Below, piece by piece: positions 1 through 14,045 of a stretch of 64,000 nucleotides of DNA. Position 1 is the stretch's first letter; each line of letters opens with the position of its first letter. This DNA is from Callorhinchus milii (taxonomy: Eukaryota): positions 42,534,001 through 42,598,000 of the forward strand of contig NW_024704742.1 of the NCBI RefSeq assembly GCF_018977255.1, written 5' to 3'. The position numbers and the translations under genes are program-made. The notes below the pieces were generated by a model. The model searched no databases. It was not told the DNA's origin and worked only from the letters and a program-made list of their open reading frames with translations.

Positions 1-1025
1 TCTGTTTTTGTTCTCTTCAATCTTTGTTCTTTTTGGGAAACTCCTGCAAATTATTCTGATCCCACAGGGGACAGATTGCTTAATGTTTCTGTGAAGAAGA
101 ATGCCGATAGCAATTACATGAGCAGAAAGGTCCAGCATTTCACATGTGTTCACCCTCTGGCCCTTCTTGTTATATCTATATGATAGCAGCATCACCTGCA
201 ATCCAAAACTAGGATCATGCTGTGTTGTGGATGAAAGATCATGAGTTAGGTGTGGGCATTCCTCCACATTTCTCCATTACTCATGCTGGCTGTATAATGA
301 AGCGGGTGTTTATTATATCCAAAAACCTTTTGGAAATGGGATTCATGGGAAATATTTTCTCTGCTGATAATGAATTAGGAGACTTGTGGACCTCAGAGTT
401 TGAAAATAACCTTATACAGTCCCCCAGCAGCCCCCTCCCTTTTTCTTTTTTAAAAGAAAATTAGATGGATACATGCAGAGTAAGGGTATTAGAGGGTACG
501 GGTAAAGAGCAGGGAATGGGTATTAGGTTAAATAGATTCATTCGGAGAGAAATCACTGACAAAAATATGTTTCAAAAGGCTTGCTTGGTTCCGTGGAGAA
601 TATATCTAATACTTATTGCTCTCTTTCTCATCCTACATGCCAACAACAAATAAATCTTTGTCTATTTCACGTACCACTGAGCATCGCAAAATTTAGTTAT
701 TTGAAGGGTATTGCATTCAATTCACTGAAGATTAAGTACATTTGGAGCATAGTATGATCCTGGGAAACAAAGAACATGAAGCAATTATTTCTTCCATATT
801 GTTACATTCTAATAAATGAAGCTATATCCATCACTACTACACATGTGTATTGAACAAAGTAATTACAAACCAGAAGATGTCAATATAAAGAAAAACGAAC
901 ATATTCACAGGCTTGGTTATTTGTTGGATTCCTGCTGAGGTTGTACAATTTCTTTTCTGGACTATTTATGATAAGAGATTAACATTTGTGTTAACCTTTC
1001 ACTTCACCTATTGTTTCATTAAGTA

Positions 1026-1210
1026 TCAGCTTGGCTCATTTGGTAGCACTCTTACCTTTGGGTCTGAAGGTTGTGGGGTTAGACCAATGTTGGGGATTTG
1101 GACATGCACCTCATGGTCTAGGCTGATACTCCATGGCAGTGTTGGAGGAATGCTATATTGATGGAAGTGCTGTCCTTTGGATCCTATTAAACCAAAGTCC
1201 TGTCTGTACC
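1026..1210 (+). mobile_element. Old SacSINE1/Deu-SINE-like element, 5' part
   Basis: GGCTCATTTGGTAGCACTCTTACCT..TCTGAAGGTTGTGGG...CTAGGCTGATACTCC...TTAAACCAAAGTCC. Confidence 0.72.
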
Positions 1211-1544
1211 TTGACTTTGTTCAAGGTAATTCTACGTTGATTTATAATAAACAGTTTACTAATGGCTTTGTTTGTAAATCAGCCAGAGAGTATATTTTAA
1301 ACTTATGAACACGTGCACAATTCTTCAAATGTATTGTCAAATAGTGACCAGATCTCTTTTATTTAGGATAGCAATCTCCATTACTCAGCTCTACCTTTTC
1401 ACCTGGAATCTGTCTGCAAATATAAGCAATGACATCCCACTAGGTCTAACCTCTCCCTTCTCCAAGGTTAATTTTACTGCCAATCACCTATATTAGGCAA
1501 ATAGTCATGGGGTAGTCAGTGCTTTCTTAGAGCAAACACATTTA

Positions 1545-1930
1545 TAATAATAATCCTTGTAATTTATTATAGTACCTTAGGAGGACATCTCAAATTGCTT
1601 CACATGATTGACTGTGCATTTTGTAGGCAGATGCGGTAGTCAATTTGCAAACAGTAATGTCCCACAAACAGCCATGAAGCGAATGCCCAATTTATCTGTA
1701 GGATGGTTGGCCAGGGCATCCTTCTCTTTTCAAATTATGCCATTGGAACTTTAATGTCCACCTACATAGGCAGACAAGACCTTGGTTTAATGACTCATCT
1801 GAAGAATGGTACCTCCAAACAATATAGTGCTCCCCCAGTACTATATTAGAGTATCATCTTAGACTGTAAATTCAAAGTCCCAATGTGGGGCTCGAATCAC
1901 AACCTTCTGACTTAGAGGTGAGGCCAGCTA
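1545..1930 (-). mobile_element. Old SacSINE1/Deu-SINE-like element
   Basis: Reverse complement of head (ACAACCTTCTGACTTAGAGGTGAG), Deu core and (TAA)n tail. Confidence 0.72.
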
Positions 1931-2480
1931 TAATTCCATGTAACATAACCTATTCCTCCTGAGTAATGATATGTGATACTTTCTATTGAACTTACCTTTT
2001 AGCTTTTGTTCAAATGAAGGATTATATGATTCGGTCTGGGACTGCAATCAACATATCTAAAACGCTGTTAGTGAAAGATTTTTAAAAAATAAACTAATTA
2101 AAATAAATTTGGTGTACTATTAACAGTAGCTCATTAGACTCTTTCAAAAATCTTTATCTCCCTCTGTACAATTTTTCATCCTCTCCTAAGTACACCCTCC
2201 AGTTCCTCTCTCAAGCTTGGACAATGAGTGTCAACAGATGATTGATTGAGCTATTTAAGGCCTCACTACCAATCTAGATCCTATCTTCATGTGACATGCA
2301 AATCCAGTTGAGGTCACTGGACAGTGACCAGAAGTGGAATCCATGGCTATTTTTTTCCCCCAGGACACTAAAGCCAATTCTTCCACCATCAAATGTTACT
2401 CAGCTCAGATCAAACTAATTCAACACAAATCAGGATTGAAATCTGTGAGCTTTTTGGTACGTATGACTCAGCTCTACCTT

Positions 2481-2722
2481 ATAATAATAATAATAATCTT
2501 TGCATTTGATATAGCGCTTTTCACGTCGGGAGGTCGTCCCAAAGCGCTTCACAGAATATACTGTAAAGTGAATTGACTGTATATTTGTGGGCGAACGCGG
2601 CAGCCAATTGCGCACAGCAATGTCCCACAAACAGTCGTAGATTGAAAATGACCAATTTATTATTATTTTTGGTTTTGGAGGGATTATTATTAGGCGTGTG
2701 GAGTAAGGAAACTTGCCCAAGT
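2481..2722 (-). mobile_element. Young SINE, 5'-truncated (lacks tRNA head)
   Basis: Matches family from the (TAA)n tail to AAACTTGCCCAAG. Confidence 0.9.
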
Positions 2723-3821
2723 TACCTTGGTCAATGCCTTTAACAACCAAGCGAGTTATTGGGTGAAGCTCATGCTTATTTCAATCTATTAATGCAATCT
2801 TGCAAGATAATTGAATAGACGTCAAGCTAAACATCAAAGAATGGGTTTACAATGTATAATAACCAGCTCAAGATTAGATCACAGCATGCATTTGCAGTCA
2901 AACTTGGAGGTGAATGCAGCAAGCAGCCAATAGAGCTGCTGACAGATGTTAAACTACCTCACTTTGCTTTTTATTCACACAACGCAGTTATTTAAAAATT
3001 ATTACATTACATAAGCAAAAATAGTTACAATTAATTCTTATTAATGTGCATGAAACAAGTAATCTAATATTGATTATAAAATTAGATGGGCGCTAGAGGG
3101 GACTTTCTTCCCATATTGGTAAATTTACTGACCTTGGCATTGAGTACGCATTGTTCTCTTCTTATTTGCAAAGATCTCGGCCTTTGGTGATAGATTCTTC
3201 CACTCTATATGAATAATAATTCTTTGCATTTGACACAATGCCTTATCAAGTTGTCAAAACGTCTCAGAGGGCTTCACAAGATTTATAAATAAGGTGTAAG
3301 TGACTAGGTATTTGCACTGCACTAGATTGTAATGGGATTTCCCATTAAATGTTCATCACACTAAAAATCAGAAAATTTACCAACATGGTGGGGGAGGGGG
3401 ATAACTCCAATAATATTCTCTGCCCTGGTGATTCTTTTACACGCTTAGGCTTCATTGCACCAAACACCAGGGTGTCAGGTGAAACCCGTTTCTTGAGATC
3501 AGTGGAAGGGAATCCCTGAGGTTTTAACTTACAATATTCACAGTCAGTAGTTTTAAGCAGTTCAGCAATTTCCTTCAGCAATTGTCCCATCAGTTTTATT
3601 ATTATTTTCTTACAATTATTGTCAGTGGTAAACAGATCTTTTTTATGTAACCACACCTTCATAAATCTCAAGACATAATGCAGCAGCTTAACAGGGAAGG
3701 TCAAAGAAGTGCAATGCTTCAATGGTGTGGGAGGTAATTCACCAAGAATTGAATTTTACCATCAACAAACTGACAACTACAGAGGAGGCTATGGTAGTCA
3801 TTTTAAAAAGGAATATGTGGG

Positions 3822-4055
3822 GAGATATTCCACCTGGATCTACATTTACTCTATTTGTGTAGCATTTTAGGGCATCCCAAAGTTGGCAAATTTTTCAAAA
3901 TAGCCTTAATTTTGAAGCCAGCTTTCTGTAAGTGGTTTTAAGAACTGCAGAAAATCAACTTCAAAATTAAGAACCAAATTCAACAATTTGCTGAATTCTG
4001 GATACTCTAAAATGCTACATATATTAAGTAAACGCAGATCCAGGTGGAATTTCTC
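3822..4055. mobile_element. Palindromic (foldback) MITE-like element
   Basis: GAGATATTCCACCTGGATCTACATTTACT...GTAGCATTTTAG pairs with CTAAAATGCTAC...AGTAAACGCAGATCCAGGTGGAATTTCTC; pairing extends about 100 bp per arm. Confidence 0.8.
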
Positions 4056-4850
4056 GTCAATGTTTTCCTATGTTCTTATAACGTTCCTTTGTGAAAAAAA
4101 AGTTGAATTCCTCTAGCTGACATTTACAATTTGCTCTGACAAGCTCATTACTGAAGATTTTTGCAAACTTGCCTTGTATTATCATGCTGTACTGTGAGAA
4201 ACAAAACAGATTTCATCCAGTTTTTTAGAAATTTTATTTCATCTTCTAGAAACTTGACTCAATCTAACTTTGCTTGCATAGTAGTTCTGGGCGTAACAAT
4301 TTCCATACTGTGTAAAGATCACTCAATTACCCCTGGATGAAACCTGCAACTCACTCAAATAACTCACACATGGAAGAAGATCTACTATTTCCAAAGCTAC
4401 ATCAATAAATTGTACGATGAAATATGTTAAAAATCGTGCATCAGTCAGGAGGATGTTTGCAGTCAGTCTGAGGGTTTACCCTACCAACCATTCTTTGATT
4501 TATCCCCCAGATAAAATTCATCACTTACTTCATGGCTGTTTGTAGAACATTGCTGTTCGTAAATTGGCTGCCACATTCGCCTACAAAATACACAGTAACT
4601 ATGCCCTGCATCTGTGAAATACTTTGAGACATCTCAAAGATATGATAAGGCTCTTTATCAAATGCAAATATTACTATTGTTATTATTATTATTTGAACAA
4701 CCAGCTTTGATAGATCACTAAATTAGGCAACCACAGACATAACTTTCAAGAGATGGCCAACTTGCAAGAGCTGTGAATCTGCTTGAACATTCTCTAATTG
4801 CTGTAACACTCACTTTCCTAAGGTTTTAGAGTACTCAATGACCTTTAGTT

Positions 4851-4966
4851 ATAATAATAATAATAATCCTTGCATTTGATATAGCGCTTTTCAAGTCGGG
4901 AGGACATCCCAAAGCGCTTCACAGAACACACTGTAAAGTGAATTGACTGTATATTTGTGGGCGAAT
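4851..4966 (-). mobile_element. Young SINE 3' fragment
   Basis: (TAA)n TCCTTGCATTTGATATAGCGCTTTTC tail. Confidence 0.85.
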
Positions 4967-7084
4967 ATGGGGCTTTCACACATCATGTTCAATTGTGGGC
5001 CAAGCGATTTAAGTAGTACAGTAATAATAACACAAATTATTTAAACATATTTGCAACCCGCTAAGTTGAAAACTTTGACATAACTGAATATTCAGACACA
5101 ATCTAGTATGGTAATTGGAATCAGTTTACTTTAGTTCTCACTAATGATTTATTATTTAACCTCTCTCCCTTGGAGAGCAAATAGTTTTTATCCTTATTCA
5201 TTTTTCTCTATTTGAACTGCCTCATGGTCTCTTACGGTCATTTCACTTTATTTATTCCAAAATATCTTAGGGGCCTCAATATTCTCATGGTCTTAATCTT
5301 AAAGGATCAGATCAGATTTTCTTAAAGGATAAGGTCATGCATGATTTTTGAATATTTCTAACTTCACTCTTAATGTTGAAAATGGTTTTTCAGATTTTTT
5401 GAATAAAAGGAAAAAGAGCTTCCTAATAAGGCAGAATTGAAGAATCTTCAAAAATTTGGACAGATGTTAAATGTTACTGTTTTGAGGCTAAGACCTTGAA
5501 GAATTCCAACCCTCATATATCTAATATGATTGTTTTAAAGAGTGAACATGTGCATCATAAAATCACTTGGTTAGACATTTGTGTTAATAGAATTTGTGAC
5601 CCTGTTGAGCAATAATGGAGCAGTAATAAAGCTGTTTCCTCCCACCTCCCACCTAGCCATAGGAAGTCAATAAATATTGGGTTCTCATGACCAACAATAA
5701 ACAGACTTTGTTTTACTTCGGCAAATCTTTGAGTCAACCAACAGCAGGTTTTATCAGTTGGATAATTTAAGGCAGTTGCTTAGTGTCCTTTCCCTAGAGA
5801 ATCGAAACAAAGTCTGTTTTAATTGACTTGCTTTGTAAAGGCAGCTCAGTAATTTTCCACTGTATTAAAATCTGGCATGTGTCCTGCATTGATAGAAACA
5901 TAATCTGTTATACGTCTTGAGGTAGTTGAGTCTACCCACTGAGGCACTCTACTCATGTGATTATGCTAGGTGCATTGCATAGAAATTAACTTATTTCTGA
6001 GCAAAACGGATGGATTTTCCATGGTACTTGCATCCCTTGAGGTTGCTTCATCATTTGAAAGCTACCAAGGTTACACATGTGAAACAACTAATTACCTCGG
6101 TTGATGTTTTTATGTGCACATCACTGTTGAAAGCCAATATCATTGGGAAACTTCAATGTGTGGGTGAAAGGCCAAGGCCACAGCCTCGAGTGCAAGATAC
6201 CACCAAAGCGCAAAAGAATGATGAGTTAAAGCAAGGAGTTATGAGATGACTGCTTGCAAAGCCTTTAGGATGTACGAGGGGGGCAGACAATCTTGGAAGG
6301 AGTTTGTAGCATTGAGGTAGTGTATAAGGAAAGAATGAATTGGAGTTAGTTCAATGAGTCTTGATTTCATCCCAGTGATGGAGGAACAGTAATTAATTGA
6401 CATTATTTAGAGCTTGGGGAGATCAAAGGAGAAAAGTTCATTGGAGCATAGCAGAGTTGATAAAATAGAAAAGTAATGGAGGTCAAAGGTGAAGGAATGA
6501 TGACTTCACAGATTTTTTATAAAATCATGACAAAGAGCGGAAGAGAGATATCCTCAGGTATATAATAAATAATAATAATAATAATAATAATGCATTTTGT
6601 ATAGCACCCTGCACTTCAGGAGGACTTCCCAAAGTGCATCATAGGATATACTGTAAAGTGCAGTGGCTGTTTGTTTCATGGGCGATAATTAATATGATAA
6701 TTAGTTGCCTATGCAAGTCTTTCCACCTTAAGAAATTGGGACAGTAGGGACTTCTATTCTGGGATCCAGTTTGGGGTTTACATGTCACAAGCGCAATAAC
6801 AACGATGACTTGCATTCTGATAGTGCTCTTCACTCAGGATAGTGGCGGGGATAGAGTGAAACAAAAGGGAAGGGGGAAGTGACCATACGTACGGTCAAAC
6901 AGATCAGTCTTAAGGTGGGATTTAAAAATTGATAAAGTGGGGATGAGGTGCAGGAATAGAGGCAGGGATCTGCCTCTTAAAACTTAGAGGTGTAAAGTGT
7001 ACAAGTGCTTCTTGGCTTCACAGTGAAAGAAGTTAAGGTCCAATATTACAGCTTGTCTGAGTCTACCTTAAACTATTTTGTCTT

Positions 7085-7405
7085 GTCGGCCTTCCCAACT
7101 CTTCCCTTCACAAGCTGCAGTTCATCCAAAACTCTGCAGCTCGTGTACTCTTGCGCACCAGGCTCTGTGACCCCTCACCCGACTCCACTGGCTCCCATAC
7201 CCCAGAGGATTGAGTTCAAGATCCTCATCCTCACTTTCAAGACCATCCATGGCCTTGCCCCCTCCTACCTCTCCAACCTGCTGACTCCCTACCAACCTGC
7301 CTGCTCTCTCCGTTCAGCGGACTCCGGTCTGCTCCATGTCTCCCGCCCGATCCGCCCTATCATCAGTGGCCGGGCTTTCAGACTCTGTCCCCACACTCTG
7401 GAGGG
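7085..7405 (+). mobile_element. L2 LINE ORF2 C-terminal fragment
   Basis: RIEFKILILTFKTIHGLAPSYLSNLLTPYQPACSLRS, typical of L2 ORF2 C-termini. Confidence 0.82.
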
Positions 7406-8074
7406 GAGGGATACTAACATGTTGTGTCTTCTTTTCTGTAACAGATTTGATACTGTCTGAGACAAGAGTAAGTATTTATCACCAAATAAATATATATATT
7501 TTGATTTTAAAAAATCCATTCAGCTGTGTGATGCACTTCGAAACATCCTCTTGATGTGAAAGATGCTATATAAAGTAAATTGTTTTTGTAGAAGACAGCC
7601 AGTAAATATCAGATGCTGCAGGCTCATAACTGTCTGCCCTTTTTTTTACACAACCATTAGCATCAGGGATACTCTTTACAAACTCTTAAGTTGACATTTA
7701 GGTTTTAGAACATTGGACTTTACTAGCAACTAGTGCCAATCCTCCAACCAACCTGATGGTGTTATATAATTAAATATCTACTTAACCTTGAATGATACAT
7801 TATTGTCTCTAGGAAAACTGACAAGATCATGCATACATTCCTTTTCCAAAGAACATCCTGTAGTTGTCGAAACAACAAATGAAAAAAGTATCTTCAGTGG
7901 AAAAATCTTGAACTCCATCAACAATGTAATTGTAATAGTAAAGGCATACATTTAGATAGTGCACCTGCCTTCCACTATAGCAAAGCTTTTGGTTCAGATT
8001 TAGGGAACTTGGGATTCAATTTTCTCCCAATCTAAGTCAATGAGAGAGAATAACGCTCATTCGCTTCCTGGAGT

Positions 8075-8742
8075 AAAAACAGAAGCCCCCCAGAACACTC
8101 AGCAGGTCACGCAGCCTCTATGGAGAAAGGAAAATGAGTCAACGTTTCAGGTCCATGACCCATCGTCAGAACTGGGGCATATTGGGAGGGAGAGGCTTTT
8201 AAGGACTAACAGAGGGGGGGGAGGCAGGGCAAGGAAGACAATGAAGACAATGGAGAAAATGGGGTAGAGAACAGGGCATGATAGGTTAGAGAGGTATTAA
8301 TGTTATAAAACAAAAGGGAGGGAACAAAACAGGGGAAAAGAAGTGTTAATAATGCAAAACGGGGTGCAGGATGCGCTGTGATTCATTGGAACAGCGTAGG
8401 GAGCCATGGATGGAGAGGTCAGAGTGCAAGTGGGAGGGAGAATTGAAGTGGCCATAGACAGGGGGGTAGAAATTGCAACAAAACAGGCAAACCAGTGAGA
8501 GAAAAGATGTGTCTGGGACCCAGATGATGTGGTAATGGTTACAGAAGAGGAGGGGGAAGGTGAGCTGTTATGGTCTGAAATTATTGAAATCAATATGGAG
8601 GCCAGAGGGCTGTAAGGTCCCTAGCAGATAGATGAGGTGCTGTTCCTTGAGCTTACACTGTGGTTCATTGGAACAGCGTAGGAAGCCATGGATGGAGAGG
8701 TCAGAGTATGAGTGGGAGAGAAAATTGAAGTGGCCGCTTCTA
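8075..8742 (-). mobile_element. Penelope-like element 3' fragment (GIY-YIG endonuclease C-terminus plus terminal region)
   Basis: ORF 8568-8798(-) HFNFLSHSYSDLSIHG...KLKEQHLIYLLGTLQPSGLHIDF resembles fish Penelope GIY-YIG C-termini. 11-bp TSD CTTCCTGGAGT at 8064-8074 and 8743-8753. Internal duplication of about 8376-8453 and 8658-8735. Confidence 0.82.
8137..8173 (-). ncRNA. Minimal type I hammerhead ribozyme motif of a Penelope-like element
   Basis: Minus strand reads AGTT-CTGACGA-T-GGGTC-ATG-GACCT-GAAA-CGTT-GACT: CUGANGA and GAAA boxes, stem II, palindromic AACGTT mini-stem III, stem I AGTT/GACT. Confidence 0.65.
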
Positions 8743-9972
8743 CTTCCTGGAGTGTCTGACACTCTGTTTGCCTTCAATTCATGAATTATCTGGAACAATA
8801 ATGGATTATCGATTAGCCATGCATGATTTACATGTTACAAAGCAGCAAACAGAACAGCACTTTGGGAATCTTTTTTCACTCAATTGTCCAAATCTTCCTT
8901 TCTCCTCTCTGTGCCACCTCAGAAATTGTTATTACTTGGCTCGTTTACTTCCAGAATTTGTTTTTAACACCTCCATTTATTTTTTCTCAATATAAAGTGC
9001 AGGGATTTGGTTTTAGTGTGAACTCAACTCACTATACTGCTCTACTGTCCTCTTGTGTCCTTCAGAAGAATAACAGTTGCAGCTATTACATCCACTGACA
9101 GCATTTACTCTGTGTTAATGACAGCCAGGAAACAACTATAGTAACTCGCGCTGGCCACAATACAAGCAGCTTGCAATCCATGAAACCATTAGTACTTGAT
9201 GTGTGTACCTTTTAAAGTGTAAAATCATGTTGAATCAGTTTTAAAAATGATTTCCTGTTGCTTTATTAGAATTTTTAAACTCAAAATGTATGCATGGGCT
9301 GCCGAGTTCCTATGGGGAGGTCATGATCTGAATCATTGGGTTCTTCATGCCTAAAAATCCCTATATTCCCTCGGTCCTCCCTGCCTCTCTGACCTTTGCC
9401 AGCTCAATCAATTGGTTGTCCCATCCACTTGACAAACGTGCTGCATACTCTGCTCCCCCACTGCCCCACCATCTTCAGCCACTGTTCCCCTAATCTCTGG
9501 AACACCCTCCCTAAATCCTTCCACTTTACTCTCTATCTGTCTGTCTTTAAGAGCCTCTTACAATTTATATCTTGGACCATGCCCGTGGTTAACCATCATC
9601 TGAACCTCCCTTGTACTTTTATGGTTCTCTGCATTGGACATCACTTTATATAATGACCTTCAGGGGAGCTGTGTTGCCACTTCTCGATGCTGAGGAAGCA
9701 GTCTGTATGAAAGAACTGCTTAAAACAGGGATTGATATCCAACTGGTATGCTCTTTGCAAGCACTCTGCAGAAATCAATGAGTAATGGGATTATCAATCA
9801 CAAAATTATTTAGAAAAAGTCTAAATTAGATAATGTGAAGGTCACTACACAATTGAGAAACAAATCGGAATTCAGGTTTGAACAAAAACTCAGCTGAGTG
9901 TAAAATAAATCTTATCACCTTATGAATTTCATGTTCTGCAAGAAACAATCACAAGTGGTTTTCTCAGTGATT

Positions 9973-10301
9973 GTCCTGGAGCTCAGTGGTTAGAGCACTC
10001 GCTTTGCAAGCGAGAGACCTGAGTTCAATTCCAGGCAGGGCGAAACCTTGGGCAAGTTTCCTTACTCCACACGCCTAATAATAATCCCTCCAAAAACCCA
10101 AAACAATAATAAATTGGTCATTTTCAATCTACGACTGTTTGTGGGACATTGCTGTGTGCAATTGGCTGCCGCGTTTGCCCACAAATATACAGTCAATTCA
10201 CTTTACAGTGTGTTCTGTGAAGCGCTTTGGGACGTCCTCCCGACGTGAAAAGCGCTATATCAAATGCAAGGATTATTATTATTATTATTATTATTATTAT
10301 T
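9973..10301 (+). mobile_element. Young tRNA-derived SINE, near full length
   Basis: Highly similar to 24883-25212. Confidence 0.92.
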
Positions 10302-12379
10302 GTCAAATAATAGCAGCGCACTTCACTATTCCTAATCTAAAAGAATTGGGAATTGTCAATATTTTCACTATTTAATGATAAAATAATCTTTGCATTTGGT
10401 ATCATGTCATTGGGATGTCTCAAACTGTTTCACAGGATTTTACTGTGAAGTGTAGTGACTATTTATAGGTGAATTTAACAGGTTTTGTAATTGGCTTTAC
10501 TGTTTATTAAATGTTACAGAATAAACACTTAATTCCCAAACCAGAGCGTTACCAAACACAATCCTACTAGTGGCTGAGATGCATGCCTATCACCAGGTAT
10601 AATCTCTAGAGACATTCGTGGAGTTGTACCTTGTCAAAAGACAGAAATACTCCAATTAGAATCAGAGGCCATGAAATTCCATGAACACTATCTACGCTTA
10701 GTCTGTAAGACTACTTTTGCCTTAAAATTTAAGATGGTGCAGAATATTAGAACATTTCCATCACAAGTACACATCAAACAATTGCTGTGAAAAAGGCCGA
10801 TGCCATATGATTCATCAAATTATGAGGTTTTTTTCAGGGGAAAAAAGGAAGAAGCTATTTCCCCTGGTAGGGGAGTCAATGACTAGATGACAGAAATGTA
10901 AAATTGTCACGGGAAGAGCAAAAGGGGAGTTTAGGAGAGATTTTTCACAGAATTGGTAATTCTTTATGCAAAACAGTATTTGTTTGATGACTCTGTGCAA
11001 AATGCACAAAAAGCAACAATTCCATTTGATTTGTTACTCAAACATTACTTATTTAAGTCCATGTTATGTTGTCTACCTATGACATTCAGTGTACATGGTT
11101 ACCAAGAGCCAAGTTATTATGTGGCTATATTTTATCTATTTTGACTATGTATTCAAACATGCAAGACCATTTCAAGGACATGACACCCCTTAAATATCAT
11201 GAGCATGCCTGATATTTATTTACATAAATCTTTAAGCTGTCTGTTTGCTAGTGGTACTGACAAGTGACAATATCAGAAGACGGTCTAGGGAAACTCATAA
11301 ATTTCTTCTGTCCTCAGTTGAAACGTTAAATGCTATACTGCAAGAAAATAATTGCCACAGTTGACTCATGGAAGGTTTAGCTGTTAAGAACAGAATGCCA
11401 TTCATATGTGTATCCCTTTCTGTCTGATCAATTACCTTCATCTCTCTACTAAATGGCTTAAGATTTATGTACATAAAGGACTGATTCAGGTACAACTCCC
11501 ATTACAGTTATCTGAAACTAGAAATTGGTTGTCAGACATAAATAGATGTGCCCTCATATTTTAGCCACCAAAAAACAAAACTGCTTGAAAAGGTTCATCT
11601 ATGCACAGAACATGAATAAGTGCTACAGTTCTAGTATTTGAGTCATATAGTGCAGCCTATTTAGATGTATGTGGCTACATTTTACTTATTTTATTCTTGA
11701 TTTACTCAATCAAATCCAAGTGTTGAGGAGACTTGTATTCTCATCACAGGCTTTGAGTAATTCTTTCAGAGAATTCAGCTGGACTTGTAGACAATATTAC
11801 CTAACATCTCCAGTTAGGTCTTGAGTAACATAACTGCAGCAACACTGTTGTACAGTCCCAACTCTGTCAATGATATTTTCAGACCATTTACATTATACCA
11901 AATGTTACCAAATGTTGGAATCTCACAGTCAGATTGATACAGGAACAAGTACAATTGAATATTTTCATTCTGCTGGGTCAAATGCTGTTAATCTAAAAAG
12001 TTTAATTAAAATGCAAATGCAGTTATATTCTATTGCAAATATACAGAAGAGAGCTTCTGGGAATAAAACGAATGTATTCAAATTACTTTGTGTGATTTAT
12101 TAATAGAATAGAAGTACATTCTATTGAATATTGATAATTACCTGGATGCAGATTTATTATTTTAAAAAAACTTGGCTAATATTAATGATTTCCTGTAGCA
12201 TTTACATTTTTATTGAATTTTCAACAATTAAAACTAGGCAAAAAAGAAATTCAACAAAATTGCATGTGAGCACTAAGATCATGTAGAAACATAAGGAAAA
12301 GAGAAGGCAAATCAGCAAACACTAGTTGTAGTATACATTGAAAAGACACAAATGCACATCTAGGCAATCTTATAGCATC

Positions 12380-14045
12380 TTATCATAAATCCATACAATG
12401 TACAGCTCAGGAACAAGCCATTCGGCCCATCCAGTTTGGCTGGTGTTTTATCCTAGATCCTAGAGTGTCCTATACATCAAGTCACATATTGCAGCCTTTT
12501 CCCCATATCCCTCAAAGCTATTCGCCCTTATTCTGTCCGGTACTGTTTTGAATGTACACATTGCCGCCGCCCAACAATTCACTGTGGCGAAGAATTCCTT
12601 CCACTCTTTGTACAATAAAAGTTCCTCCTAATCTCTGTTCTGATTTTAAAACTATGCCCTCTAGTTCTAGAGCTCCTGATTACTGGAAATAATCTTTCCT
12701 TGTTCACCCTTTCTGAGCCTTCCATCATCTTCTACACCTTTGGCAGTGGTCTTTTGTTCCATTCAGTTCTCGGTGAGGCTTCGCTCGTGGGTCATGGTTA
12801 GGCCTTGCACTGATCGGGATGGGGAATTCACTGAGTGGGAAGTGCGAGGAGCAGGAGCTGGTCAGAGCTGGAGGTGGGGATGCAGTTGCCAGGTCGCATG
12901 GACTGTGAGAATCACGTTTGGGTCATTTTATTGATGGTGGTAGATTGTTTAACCACTAAATGAAGGAAAGGAGGTATTGGTTGTTTTAGAACATCAGGGT
13001 CGCTTTTAGTCAGCGCTAAACTACGTGACTGAACTAAGAATTAGGTTTCTCAGATTCAGAGTTGATTTCCTTGATTAAGTTATATTGCCAGTCTGTTCAT
13101 AGTAGTATTAAGCAGCAAGTTAGATAACCTTAGCGCATTAGGAGTTGCACTTTTGTAAGCTAGAACATGAAGTTTATTTGATTAATACAACCAATTACAT
13201 TTGCATAGCAATAAATTACATTTGTATAGCACCCTTCACATCGGGATGACATCCCAAGGCTCTGAACATAGTCGAGCCAGCCAGGGCTTGTGACGGTATG
13301 ATGTAATCAACTTAATGAAACTAAGTACTTAATAATAAAAAGTTCTTTGACCTCAATTAAGTTTTAAGTAAACTACTTGAGTTTCTGGTAATAAGGGGTT
13401 AGGGGGTAAGCAACAGGAGTGTTAATATGAGCCAGTTATTATGGAATTGATCACTCCATAACTGGATTATTTAATCATTGTAAATAAAGTGAAAGGGATT
13501 AAGTCCTGTTGTTAGACATTAAAATACATGAGGTTTCTCTTATAAAGTTTGTCAAAAGTTAACAGAGGCCAACTGAAAGGGTGAAAACTGTCACAACCTT
13601 TATCATATCCACTCACAGCCGTCTGAGTTCCCAAGGAAAAAGGTCCAGTATATCCAGCCTTTTGCTATAACTGTAGTTCCTCATTTCAGGCAACATGCTG
13701 GTGAGTCTCGGCACCACCTCCAGTGCTTTTACATCTTGCCTAGAATGAGGAAGCCAAAACTCTATACAGTATTCCAACTTGTCTGACCAACCTTCCATAC
13801 AAATTCAACATGACCTCTTTATCCTTATATTCTATTTCCTGAGCTATAAATCCCCAAATCCCATTTTGTTTTAAAATGGTCTTATCTATTTGGGTCACTG
13901 TCTTCATTGACCTGTGAATCTGTGCTCCTAGATCCCTTCGTTCCTCTACCCCTTTAAGATTTTCCCTCTTTAAGTTATAGGTTTTTCTTATGTTTTTCCT
14001 CCTGAAATGAACTACCTCACACTTTTCTTCATTGAACTGCATGAT
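12380..14045 (-). mobile_element. Two CR1 fragments (about 12380-12738 and 13612-14045), possibly one element split by intervening sequence
   Basis: MQFNEEKCEVVHFRRKN, LEYCIEFWLPH, and a decayed CR1 3' UTR (GCCATTCGGCCCATC). Confidence 0.65.

Noticed and set aside
3089..3103. CTCF-like GCGCTAGAGGGG
   Set aside because: Mismatches at key core positions.
3345..3722. 125-aa minus-strand ORF as a host exon
   Set aside because: No recognisable domain and no convincing splice-site pair.
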